Of a DNA stretch of 64,000 nt, positions 52,281 through 63,811 are shown one piece after another. The translations under genes were made by a program, and so were the position numbers. Origin of the DNA: Phaeosaccion multiseriatum (Eukaryota; Protista; Ochrophyta, other classes); assembly GCA_965112735.1 (NCBI GenBank), contig OZ218962.1:2046001-2110000 (forward strand). Reading direction: 5' to 3'. The notes under the pieces are model-generated. The model saw nothing but the letters and a program-made list of their open reading frames with translations. It was not told the origin of the DNA and made no database searches. How positions within the stretch are numbered: position 1 is the first letter of the stretch; every line of letters starts with the position of its first letter.

Positions 52281-53271
52281 CACTCGCCGTGCTGTGACTC
52301 TTTTCACTGTGGCTCGCTGACCATCTGAGCGTCCAAAGATCCCAATATGACGAGAGAGGATGATCTCCTCTCTACAACGCTGTGCCCGACGGGGGACAGA
52401 TGATGGGAGGGAGGGAGGGAGAGAGAGGAAGGCGTCTGCTGGAGGGAAGGGTGGTGCATCACAGCGGGTCTTCTGCCTACGTTTGGGTGTCCAGTGCGGT
52501 TGTTGTTTGGTGGGGTACCCTTCCGCTTCCGCCACCCCCCTTCGGACGCCTGCGGGACGGAGTTCCAGGTGCACATGCAAGGCAGCAGGCGGCTAAGCCC
52601 ATATGATGGTGCATGCTGGCCCGTATGACCGGGCATGCGGAGCTGCTGCTCGCTGGCATTGGATGCTGGCATTCCTCTCTCTTTGGGCCCTCCTTCTGGT
52701 CTGCCAGGCAAGGGGTATATCAAGCAAGAGCAGGGAATTCTTACTCTGGCATACACCTTCAGGCTGTGCAGGAAGCTTCCCACGACCAAACTAGGCCAAA
52801 GAGATGTGCAAAGAAGGGAGAGGCAGTACGGAACCATCGGGGTTGGGTTTGGACCAGCTGTGTGCTGTGTGCCTTTGCCAAGACACATGGCACCACCGTG
52901 AGTGAGTAGTCTCTGACGATGCTCTTGTCAAGCGGGGGTTGCTGAGCGTCTATGGTGAGGTGCTCAAGGCCGTTGTCCCGTTGTCCCCCTTGACAGGACT
53001 ATAGCCCTATCTGAGGGATGGACGAGAGGTGGAGGGGAAGGTTTAAGGGGGGGGGGCACATCAATGGATGGTGAGAAAGGTGCCCGGCGAAGTGGCAAGA
53101 CAAGTAAGGCGAACAGCATCGAGGCTCATCGCTTCTCTTTGCCTTCCTTGCATCCTTTTCTTTTACGACGGCACGGGCGTCTTTCTCTCCCATGTTGACG
53201 CCGATTTCCCTCAGCCATGTCAGAACAAAACCAAAAACTACTTTTTTTATTTTACTCTGAGTTACGCATCG

Positions 53272-53507
53272 GCCCCCCGCGGGGCTTCTCGGGCTCCGGG
53301 CTTCTAGGCCATAGCCCCCTCCAGGCTTCGGGCTTCTGGCCGCAGGGCAGAGGTCTGGGCTTCGGGCTTCTCAGGCTGGGAAAAAAAATGGGAGACTTGG
53401 GCTTCTCGCTACTTTCCTGCAGGCTTCTGGCCGCAGGCCAGCCCCGGGCTTCTTGGGCAGGCCGCCTCAGGCTTCTGCTTATCGGGGGGCCGAGAAGCCC
53501 GGGGGGC
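53272..53507. mobile_element. MITE-like element with imperfect ~18-21-bp terminal inverted repeats and internal GGCTTC repeats
   Basis: Left gccccccgcggggcttctcgg versus right ccgagaagcccggggggc. There are about 10 internal ggcttc units and no clear TSD. Confidence 0.55.
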
Positions 53508-53602
53508 GAACTTTATTGACTTAATAGGAATCACCTAAGAAACTGAAAGTGTGAAAGTGTGTGAGTGTGTGTGTGTGTGAGTGCAGGTGTTTATATATAC
53601 AC

Positions 53603-53645
53603 TATTACACCCTTAAGTGCCATCTATGATTGTCTAAAAGTAATG
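53603..53645 (+). other. Conserved element, copy B, at the 3' junction of the retrotransposon
   Basis: 43 bp with 1 mismatch to copies A and C; lies 19 nt beyond the ORF stop codon. Confidence 0.95.
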
Positions 53646-55615
53646 CCTCACCGCCCCGGGGAACTTAGTCCCCGAGGTCGTATCCCTCCGATGCGTTAGT
53701 TCTCCCGATTGGCATAAAGTTGATGCCAGCCAGGATCCTATGGCGAATCGATCTTTCGTATCGAGCCCGCTGGAGCGCAACGGCTAGACGCCGCCGAATG
53801 ACGCAAACAGCCCGCGCATAAGCTCTCATGTCCAGATGTTCGTGCCCCCCAGCCATGTGGGTGGCGAGTGTTTTGATAAACATCTGTGCTGACGGACCAA
53901 ATGCGCCTTGCTGCTCCATCCCAAAAGGGACGAGATGATACCTCGTTGGGTCATAGTGGATGTCTCCACCCTGGCCCTCCATGCCTCCATGTGGCACACC
54001 ATACCTGGTGCGCTTGGTTGCTTCAGCCTTCTTGGCTGCCGCGAGTGCCTCCTTCGATGCCTTGGCCCGGTTGGTGGTGTTGGTGGCATCCGTGAGCGTG
54101 ATGTCGATCATGAGGGACTTGTGGCCATCCCCATATTCATGGTCGGATGGAAGCTCAAACATCCTGGGGGGAGTCACGATGTCCATCTCCATCTGCTTGG
54201 CCACGTGGGCGTCACCCCTCACGGCGTTGCTCCCCCCTCTCCCTCGTCGCGGGGTGACCGTTGTTGCCCTCATGAAGAAGGGGAAGCTGGTGTTCTGGAC
54301 TATCCCTCTGCCCAGGCCCTCGCTCTTCAGCAGGGCGACAAGTGCCTTCTGCACAGCGTCGTGTTGGGGTGTGCTGAGCCCCGTCTTCGTGCAGGTGATG
54401 ATGTGTCCCTCCGTCAGCGCCTTGCCAGGGCACTTATGACAGTCCTTGCTGTAGGTGGGGTCGATGCCAAGTCTTCGCCGAATGGCACTCTTGTGCTCGG
54501 CGTCCGTGAGGTGGAGTGCTCCCCCTGCCTTCTTGGTCGGCTGAAGATGGAGCCACGCACCAGCACCCTTCACGCTGTGGCTGAGGGCTCTGGCCAGGCA
54601 CTTCTCCCGTTGGTCTTGCTGTGGAATGGCTTTCAGGCGTTCCAAGAAGTCTGCCCTCGCCTTCGACGTGAGGAGCTTGGTATAGCGCTTCTGGGCGCCT
54701 CGCCTCTCTCCGTGTCGGCTGTGTGGAATGGAGGGTCCTCCCTCGTCCAACATCTTGGTTTCCTCTGTCCGCCAGCGTGGCCGGCCGCCCTCATCATCGT
54801 CATCACCACCGCCTGGTTCCACGTCATGCTCACCCTCTGGGGCTTCGTCACTTCCACCATCTGGGTCTTCGTCACTTTCACCCTGTGGGTCTTCGTCACT
54901 CCCCCCCCCTGGGTCTGTCTCGCTATCAGAGGTTGGTCCATCTGCGGTCCCCTGCTGCCCTGCAGCCGCATCGCACCCTTCCGCACCCACCCCAGGGTGT
55001 ATCACTTCGGCCCCAACATCATCCTCTTCGCCTAAGTCTGCTCCTTCACCCCTAGATTGTGTCTCGCCCCCCCCGGGGGCATCACTCGCAGCCGGCTGGT
55101 CCCCTCTGCCACCGACAGGTGTGTGCCCTTCATGCTCTGGGGTCTCGTCTCTCTCCGGGAAGAGCGTGGTGATCAGCCATGGCTCTCTCCATCTGTTGTC
55201 GCTGAGGTGGGAGATGATTGGCGCCGCGCTGTACAGGGATGCTGTGATTGCCCATGGGGGGAGGTCACAGTATGTGGGCCCGAGCGCCCCTCGCAGCAAG
55301 CCTCCCCCCTTGGGGAGGAGAAGGGCCTCCGGTCTGCTGATGTGGCCGTGGGCGAGCAACACAGCCCATCCTCGCGGGAGGGACTTGAGGAAGCGCTCCT
55401 GTTGGCTGAGAGCACCTTGGGCTGCGCGGCTGCGTCTGCCTTGGGCGCGCTGGGGAGTTGGTAAAGACACGTGCTGCGGTGTGAATGACACGGATATGGT
55501 AGCCGTTGGGGCACTGGACTGGACGGCACTGGACCCAACGGCTACCATATCCGTGTCATTCACACCGCAGCACGTGTCTTTACCAACTCCCCAGCGCGCC
55601 CAAGGCAGACGCAGC
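53646..55615 (-). mobile_element. 5'-truncated RLE-type non-LTR retrotransposon (CRE-like), ORF 53665..~55510
   Basis: Post-RT region AGAWLHLQP...LTDAEHKSAIRRRLG, CCHC knuckle CHKC..HIITC, QHDAV, MDIV..IDIT (PD-(D/E)xK-like), KAEATKRTRY and LVPFGMEQQGAFG. The RT core is absent. Confidence 0.85.
55429..55615. repeat. Perfect 82-bp inverted repeat (arms 55429-55510 and 55534-55615, 23-nt spacer)
   Basis: The arms are exact reverse complements by direct comparison. Confidence 0.95.
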
Positions 55616-55922
55616 AGGTGTCGAAGCCCGGGGAGATTGACTGGGGTGTGTGAGCTTGGGGGGCCATACGCAAGCTAATCGCCATCTGTGAAGAAATGCA
55701 CCAACATGGGGGGGTGGGGTGTTTTGTGTTTGTGTGTTTATGTTTTATGGGATCGAGCACAATGTCTCTCCCTACTCAAGACGTAAATGCCTTCGGTTCA
55801 TGAAGCTTCTTCGAATGTTAAATGTGGAGTAGGCCGGTAGCTTGCTATCGGTCTCCGTAGGATATTGCTTTCGACGAAAACGTCGGAAGAATATACCCCC
55901 AGTTTGGTGAAAGGGGAAAAGG

Positions 55923-58900
55923 ATGGCAGGAGCAGCAGTAGTAGCTTCCACTCCTTACCACCTGCCCGACCTTCCCACTGGACAGGATAGAGAAGAGATG
56001 CAGCAGGAGGAGGAGCCGCCGCAGCAGGGAGAGGAGGAGGAGGATTGGGAACCAATCGGGAGTGCTCTTCGAGCGCCTCAGATCCCCCAGCGGCCGAGAA
56101 GCATCTCTGTCGGAGGCAAAGGAGTGGGAGAGGACGTCTACCTCCCCTGGCGGCAGCAGCAGGCCAAGGTTAGAGGGTGCTTCTCTCTCATTCTCTGTTG
56201 ATTACGTTCTCTCTCTGTCTCTCCCTCTCTCAGTGGCAGTCTCGCTCGTCCGCCGCCTCTTCATCCTTGATAGACAGCGCCAACTTCCAAAGTCATCCTG
56301 ACACACGATTGTATTCCCCCTTTCTCCGCCGCCCCCCTTCATGCAGGTGCTGTACTTCCAACTGGTATGGGTGAGCGCAATGGGGTGTACAGCGGCGTTC
56401 ATCTGCAGGTGAGTACCAGACTTACCGTTTTCCGCACAGAATACACTCGACCTCCATGTACACCGCCATGTGTGTAAAGAGAAGTGTTGAGACCATGTAT
56501 TCTCCTTTCCTTGCCTCAGTTGGCAGGAGCACTGGCACCAAAACACCCCATCAATTCACCCCCCCCGTATGGTACTCACAACTGACAAATGCTTATCCCA
56601 TTCATCCACTGCCATCCCCACCCGCACCCCCCCCTCCGTCCAGCTACCTACTGGGCTGGGTGACCGGCCTACATGAGTGTGAGGGCGGAGACGGGAGCAG
56701 TATTCACCTCTGCACCACCATCAAAGAGAGCACGGCGAACCGCTGTCACATCGGCAGAGGAGGAACCTACATCGCATCGTAAGTGAGGCCTCTCCCTCTC
56801 TCTCGCCCCCCCCCCCCCCTCTCTCTCTGTGTGTGTGGGCGTTTGGGTGTGGGTGGGTGTGTATGTGCATGTGTTTGTCGTTGGGGAGAATGAGCGTGGC
56901 AAGTAGGAGGGTGCGCTCCTGCCTACTGCTGCTGCTGCTACTGCTACTACTGCTGGCGAAAGAGGAAGATTACTTTCTCTCCCCAGCCTGCAAATGGGCC
57001 CACCTTTCTCCTCGCCCTTCCCCTGGCTCTCTGACACCCACCCATCTATATTTTCACATCCCACTCACTCTTTCACTTCGTCTCTGTGGTGGCCTTTCTC
57101 CCTCTCTCTTTGTGTCCCTGTCTTCGCTCTCTCTATATATATCTCCCTCTCCCTCCACAATATACTCTCTCTCTCTGTGAAGCAGGGCCGGTATCGACGG
57201 TATAGATACCAATGAGTTTGAGCCTCTCTACCTCTCCCTGATGATCGTTTTGTCTGGCCTGGGGCTGGCACTTCTACTGCTGGCCTGGGAATACAGGCGA
57301 ACTACCACCACCATCAAAACCACCAATACCACCATTACCACCACTACCACCCCGGACTCTAGTACTCCCACCATCATACAGGGTAGGGAGGTCGAGGAGG
57401 AGCAGAAGGAGGACGAGGCGAAGGAGGGGGGGGGTGGTGGTGTAGCAGTAGCGAATGAAGCTCCCACGTCTATGCCTCTTCATCGAATGGTGGCTAGAGC
57501 TCCAGTAAGGCGAGAGATCAACAGAACGGCAACACCACCAACAGCACCAGCAGCAGCAACAGGAGAAGGCAGAGGCGGAGGTGAAGGAGCTCATAGCGCC
57601 AGCGTCTGTGCTGGGGACAGACCCACTGCCAGCAGAAGGAGCGGGCGGACAGCCAAGGGGCGAGTGGGCAGCAGCAGCAGCAGCGTCGCCCCCGCTGCTC
57701 TGCCTGGGCTGAGACTAGGCCCCCTGCCCCTGACCATGTCGAGACGATGTGCCTCTCTAACTGTTGCTGTGCTTGTGCTGGCGGGGTCGGTGGCGCTCGA
57801 AGCCAGGCTCAATCGAGTTCTCCTCGGAGACAGGTACGACCGTGAAACTGAAACTCAAAGTGTTGCCCTCCCCCTCCTAAACCTCTTTTTCCCCGCTCGC
57901 CTCTTGTCTCTGACCTTGCTCTCTGTCTCTCTCGTTTCTTGCTCTCTCTCGCTCTGCCTCCCCTCGCTCTCTCTCCCCCCCTCCCTCTCCCTGTCCTCGC
58001 TCTCCCTCCCCAAGGAACGCCTACCTGAAGCGGTATGGCTACTGCTTCGTCGTGATCTTTGTGGGCATCTTGCTCTACAAGCTACAGGAGCGCCTTGTGG
58101 AGTGGGAAGTGGGTCTCGAGATGAAGAATGCCCAAGCAATTGAACTAATGAGGCGCAGTTCCATCAGCACCGTAAACCAGCAGCAGTTGGTGATACAGCA
58201 GCAGCTGGAGCCGTTGGTGGTACAGCAGCAACAGCAGCAGCAACAGCAGCAGCAGCACCAGAATCAGCAGCAGCAGCACCAGAACCAGCAGGAGGAGGAG
58301 AATGAGCCCAAGCAGGAGCAGCAGGGCTGTATGGGGCACAACAGGGCCTGGGATCAGGATCAGGACCCGAGGGGCGACAGTGCATGTCGCAGTCGTGGGT
58401 ACGGGTACGGAAGTGGCGCTCATCCTGGCGCTCATCCGCTCGAGTCCGTCCTGCCTAGGCGGCGATCGTTCGACAGCAAGCACTCTGGTCACCACAGGAA
58501 GAGCAGTAGCGGCAGTAGCGCTGGCAGTGGCGGTGGTAGTAGCGGCGGCAAGGGTAGTAGTAGCAGCAGTGGTGACGGTTACGGCTTGGGCAGCAGTGAT
58601 GGTGATTATGGCACTGGCACTGGCAATGGTAGCGGGGTGTTTATGGTCCCTCAAAGTGTTCAAGAGGAGAAGCTCAGCCTTTACGAAGAAGGCGGCGAAC
58701 AAGAGCAAGACCACCGGTTGGTGATACAGCAACACCACCATCTTGGCAGATCGAGCGCATCTGTGCTCCCTATGATGGAGGACGGAGAGGAGACTGGAAC
58801 AGGAACAACCCCGGTGGCCAACCCGGTCAGACTCCTTGCCGTGTTGGAATCCGATGCAAATGGGAGACCGGCAAGTGTGAGTCGCCGAGGCGCAAGCTTC

Positions 58901-61627
58901 TCTTCTCGGATAGTGGTGGACCATCCGAGCTCGACAAAGGAGGAGGAGGAGGAGGAGGAGGAGGAGGAGGAGGAGGAGGGCGGGTTGGTCATACAGCAGC
59001 AGCATCAGCAGGAGGAGGAGGAGGGGGGGGAGGGAGAGGAGCAGGATGTACAGACGGCGCTGCTAAGAGAAGGCTTGTTCTTGGAGGAGCAACGCGCGAG
59101 GGTATGGCATCGACAGGTGGTTGTGGTGGTACTGAACACCACCCTCGCCATCGCGTCGGAGGCACTAATGAAGTGGCCGCAGGCTTTGACCTCGCAGCAG
59201 GGGGTGAGGGGTTATGTAGGTAAGGAGATACATGGGACGGTCGTTGATCGTTGATCAGAGCCCTCCCTGCGTGCTTTTCTATTGCTGTTGTTGACACTAC
59301 CCTGCATGCCCACCCGCCTACTGTACTATGGCCGACAACCATCCTCCCCTCCCCTCGCTCTGCCTTTCGACCTGTCCCACCAGTTCCATTGAGCCTGTTC
59401 CGTTCGCGTCTACTTTATCCTCTATTATCTCTTCCTGTTCCCTTCCCCGCTCCTCTATCCTTTATATCCTCTACCCTCTCACCTCTCTACTACTCTTACC
59501 CTTGCACCACAGACTCCGTCAATATGGCAAGTAGGGAGGCCACTTTCTTCCTGTGGAGCCCCGTCATCTCTAGCCAGGGATGGATGATTGCCATCGAGGT
59601 AGGGCCTTAGCTCTATTCCCCTCTTGTCTCTCTGTATTCCCCTCTATTCCTCTCTTGTCCGTCGCTGTCTCTCTCTCTTTCTCTGTGTGTCTCTCTTGCC
59701 TCTTCATTTTCTTCTCTTTCTTTCCCTCTCTCTTTTCTCCCTCTCTCTCTGTGTCCCTCTCTTTTCGTTCTGTCTTCGCTCTAACTTCTCTCTTCTCTTC
59801 TTTCTCTCCCTTCTGGTCTCTCTTCGTTCTCTCCTCTCTCTCTCTCTCTTACTCTGTATGTGCGCGTATCTGTGCGTGCGTATATGTGTGCGTGCGTGTG
59901 GGCTCAGGCGCTTTGTTACTATGCTGACATCCGGCTTGAGCGTGTACGGAGAAGCGCCATCAAGGAGAGGGAGGAAGCGGAGCAGGAGCAGCAGCATTTG
60001 GCAATACAGCAGCAGCAGTCGCTCATACAGCAGCAGCAGTTGGTGATACAGCAGCAGCAGAGGGGGGAGGGCGCCGTCGCCGATGGAGTGGAGGACGGTG
60101 CTCTGAGCAGAAACGGGGACACGGCAGTAGCAGCAGCAGCAGTTGGTGATACAGCAGCAGTTGGTGGCCCAGTAGGAGGAGGAGGCGAAGGAGGGAGGGG
60201 GGACTCTGTCTCGAGTCGGAAGCCCTCCTCCTGCTGGCTGGATGCCACCCTGTGCTCGGCCATCACCCCGGGGTCGGCAACGCATCAGCGCATGAAGGGA
60301 TTCACACAGAAGTCAAGTGAGTCAGTGAGGGAAAGATGGAGGGAGGGAGGGGAGAGAGGGAGGGGAGAGAGGGGGGGGGGGAGGAAGGGAGGGAGAGAGG
60401 GAGGGAGAAGGAGGGAGGGGGCCTCCCCTTGCTTACTTGTTCTTACGTGTTCCGCCCCTCCCGCTGCCCCCTTTCATGTCTGCTCCCCCTCCTCCTCCTC
60501 CTCCCCCCCCTCCTCTGTCTCCTCCTTCTTCTCCTTCCCTCCCCTCCTCCCTCCTCCTCCTCCTCCTCCCCCCCATCCTCTGTCTCCTCCTTCTTCTCCT
60601 TCCCTCCCCTCCTCCCTCCTCCTCCTCCTCCTCCTCCTCCTCCTCCTCCTCCTTCTTCTTCTTCTTCTTCTTCTTCTTCTCCTCCTCCTCCTCCACCACC
60701 ACCACCACTACCACACATACAAACACGTACACACCCCTACACACTCAAGTCTACCTTCGCAACGACAACTGGATGCTCGTCGGGGCGCTGACTGTCTTCA
60801 CCTTCACTTGGGGGTGGGTAAACCCCTGGATTTACTTCTGTGGAGGCATATCCATTGCCCTGCTAGGCGCGCTGCAGAAGTTTAGAGTGTGGTTGTTGGG
60901 CCTGGCTGGGCCATCTATGGCTACTGTATCACCAACTTTATGGCCATCTGTATCGCCAGCTGGTGGTACTGGTGGCGATGGCCGCGGAAGAAAAGTAGCT
61001 GGTAGCGGGCGAGAAGGAGGAGGAGGAGGAGGAGGAAGAGGAGGAAAGGGGGCTACTCCAGCAACAGCCAACACCAACACCCACACTACCAGCCACTCGT
61101 CCTCCTCCTCCTCCTCCTCCTCCGCCCCATCTTCATCCTCTCTTGCGCCACCTCGTCCTCCATCTCCTCCTCCTGCTACTACTACTACTACTACACCTAC
61201 AACGTCTGCTGCGGCGTCGTCGTCACTCAGCCCATGGTCGCGTCTCTTCCTCCCGAGCCGCGTGCCCGTACACCTCTCACATGATGTGCTGGAGTTTGCC
61301 GTACTCTTCCTCGTACCATGGCAGATGGTGCTGGTGGCGCCATTCTCGAGACATTCATGCGCCTTCCTCCTTGCTGTTCCCATCGGCTCCGTGCTGCTCG
61401 TGGTGCTGGTGCTGCTGCTGCTGCTCAAGCAGAGTCGCCGTCGGAGACAAGAGGAGAGGCAAGAGGAGCGGCGAGAGGCCAAGAGAAGGAGCAGGAGGGC
61501 GGAGGAGGAGGAGGAGGAGGAGGAGGAGGAAGAGGAGGAAGAGGAGGCGGCGCGGCAGAGAACACGAGCAAGGCGGCTGCGTGGTGGAAGGAGTGAAGAG
61601 AGCTGTTGTGCCTTGCTTCCGCTTTGA
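55923..61627 (+). CDS. Multi-exon, multi-pass membrane protein of unknown function with low-complexity loops (exons approx. 55923-56168, 56348-56408, 56644-56778, 57186-57832, 58015-~59203, 59512-59598, 59908-~60316, 60750-61627)
   Basis: A series of hydrophobic segments in GT-AG-bounded open frames, with a Cys-rich extracellular-like loop. No family recognised. Confidence 0.6.
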
Positions 61628-62030
61628 AAGAAAGTGGTGAGGAGGAGCGCACCGGCACCGCATGGCAGAGGAGGAGGAGTTGGTGATTCAACAAACAGCG
61701 CACCCAGATTTTTATGAGAACGCATACTGAAGGGATCGAACACGTCGAAGGAGTGGTGCAACGAAGGGCTCTTTCATTCATTTATGTATATTATCAACCT
61801 GTACATTATTTCACATTACTTGCACTTTGGGAAACCGCTTTTGTTGCTCCCATCACCCTGTACATTACTTAACTTCAGATTACTTGCACATGTGGAATTC
61901 TACGTGTTGTTCCTCGTGAACACTTTGTCGCTCGCCCCGACTCTCACTCACTCACTCACTCACTCACCTAACGAACACGTTCCTTCCCTTCCCTCTCCTT
62001 CTCTTCCTCTCGCATGACTGCACTTTACTC

Positions 62031-63620
62031 TCACGATGTCATCGCAAGACACGTCTCGGCTTGTTGCTGGCCGCTCACTTTTGCGTCCAGGTCTTGCTGG
62101 CCGCTCGCTTTTGCGTCCAGGTCTTGCTGGCCGCTCGCTTTTGCGTCCAGTTCCGCAATCGTGGCATTCCAGGAAGCTTGATCAGGGAAACTCTTTTCAT
62201 AGTACCGGTCTCGGTCTCTCCGGACGTCCGCAAATGACTTTAGCGAGGTGGTGAGCAGCGTCTGAAGGGGAAGCTCTCCAATGCCCCATTTGCCTTTGAA
62301 CAGGGAGTCACGAGCGGACTTTGCCGAGTAGCGGACTCTGCCAAACACGGAGGATGGCTTGGGTCCGAAGGATAAATCGTACAGCGCTTTACCCTCGGCA
62401 ACGGCACGCTGGGAGTATGCCAGTAACGCCGTATGCAGAGACTCGGTTTTACTGGCAGGGTCGTAGTGCTGTTGGAGGCAGTCAGCCAGTGTGGTTGAGT
62501 CGACCAAGGCTGAATTCACGCCTTGACCCGAGACGCCACCGGTGGCATGGGCTGCGTCTCCGGCCAAGGCCGCGCAGCTGTCGTAGTGATAGGTGTTGCA
62601 GGTGACTTTCGAGGCGTGCCCGGGCTCTCCCCTGGCCACGAGTTGCTCGGCCATGGACTGAACGTCGGTTCCTCCCTCCGCCAGCTTTGGATACCGAAGT
62701 GTCAGTGCTTCGACCACAGCGGGAACGTCGCTCTCGGTAGTGGCTCCTGACAAGAGGATGTCGTCTTCGTCGCTTCCCGTGAACAAGACGCAGCACCGCG
62801 CGTGGACGGTCGGCTGGACAAACGCTGTGACAGAACCCGCCTTTGGGATGAGGAGTTGGACAGCCTCAGGGTCCAAACCAACAGGCATGCGGTCCAGCAA
62901 CACCACCTTGAAGACTCCAGGCAACCTCTCTTGTGTGGCCTCGAACTCCGACCAGGCCGTAGCGATTTTGTCTCTTACCGTCGAGAATACACCGTCGCAA
63001 CCGACAACCAGGTCGAAGGGAGTCCTTCGGCCTTTCTCGGAGGTGACCGTCTTGCTTTTGAGGCAAACGTCGGCCACGCCGCAATCAAAGCTCATGGTGA
63101 ATCTCCCACTGTCGCTCCATCGCGCGTCCAGCTCGTCGGCCAGGGCTCGGCACAGGTTGGACTGAAAGAGTAAGATGCTGGGCTCGACCAGAGCAGCTTC
63201 TTCTGCTGATTCCCCTCTTCCGTGTTTGCCATCCTCTCCCTCGCGCAGGCGAATACTCATGGGTCCCACCACCAGGATGAAGCTTTCAGACTCCCACCCC
63301 CGGTGCTTCACAGCTTGCCAGAGAGTCTCGTCCACACTCTTGATCGCTGTGCGTCCGCGAATGCCCAACCCGAGGGAGTAGGCCCGCTTCCCGAGAACGC
63401 CCCCAGGCCGGGCTCCCTTCTCCAATAGATTCACGGAAGCGCCTGACTGCAGCAAGCGGTGAGCTAGAAGTAGCCCCGATGGGCCTCCTCCCACAATGGT
63501 GACGCGCAAACCGTTCAGTGTGTTCGGTAAGGGGAGTACCGGTTCCGGTGTTGTTTTCGTCCCCCCATTCTTCCCCGACATCAAAAGGAAAGGAATAGAA
63601 AGTAAGCTCCACCAGAGCAT
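62031..63620 (-). CDS. Intronless FAD-dependent monooxygenase, kynurenine 3-monooxygenase-like, with N-terminal signal/anchor
   Basis: IVGGGPSGLLLA (Rossmann), RAYSLGLGIRG, DLVVGCDGVFSTVR and LAGDAAHA..GQGVNSALVD. Confidence 0.9.
   Translation of the reverse strand: MLWWSLLSIPFLLMSGKNGGTKTTPEPVLPLPNTLNGLRVTIVGGGPSGLLLAHRLLQSGASVNLLEKGARPGGVLGKRAYSLGLGIRGRTAIKSVDETLWQAVKHRGWESESFILVVGPMSIRLREGEDGKHGRGESAEEAALVEPSILLFQSNLCRALADELDARWSDSGRFTMSFDCGVADVCLKSKTVTSEKGRRTPFDLVVGCDGVFSTVRDKIATAWSEFEATQERLPGVFKVVLLDRMPVGLDPEAVQLLIPKAGSVTAFVQPTVHARCCVLFTGSDEDDILLSGATTESDVPAVVEALTLRYPKLAEGGTDVQSMAEQLVARGEPGHASKVTCNTYHYDSCAALAGDAAHATGGVSGQGVNSALVDSTTLADCLQQHYDPASKTESLHTALLAYSQRAVAEGKALYDLSFGPKPSSVFGRVRYSAKSARDSLFKGKWGIGELPLQTLLTTSLKSFADVRRDRDRYYEKSFPDQASWNATIAELDAKASGQQDLDAKASGQQDLDAKVSGQQQAETCLAMTS
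62062..62150 (-). repeat. 30-bp coding tandem repeat x3 (LDAKASGQQD)
   Basis: Read directly. Confidence 0.9.
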
Positions 63621-63760
63621 TGACAGCGGCCCGTATCTTGAGCTGCTGTTGTTTTCTTTCTTTCTCTATTATCCTTATTTTTTTTGAGGTCCTTCCTTGA
63701 AGTTGCAAGTTGCCAAGTGTTGCCAAATGTGAATCGGTGGTTGACCAACTCCTCGTTCCT

Positions 63761-63811
63761 TTGACATTACTTTTAGACAACCATAGATGGCACTTAAGGG
63801 TGTAATATATA
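63761..63811 (-). other. Conserved 51-bp element, copy C
   Basis: Exact reverse complement of 30060-30110. Confidence 0.95.

Noticed and set aside
55511-55563. N-terminus of the 632-aa ORF as a true start
   Set aside because: It derives from the inverted duplication. The element is 5'-truncated and lacks the RT core.
53908-55678. Plus-strand 375-aa and 316-aa ORFs
   Set aside because: Antisense shadows of the GC-rich retroelement ORF.
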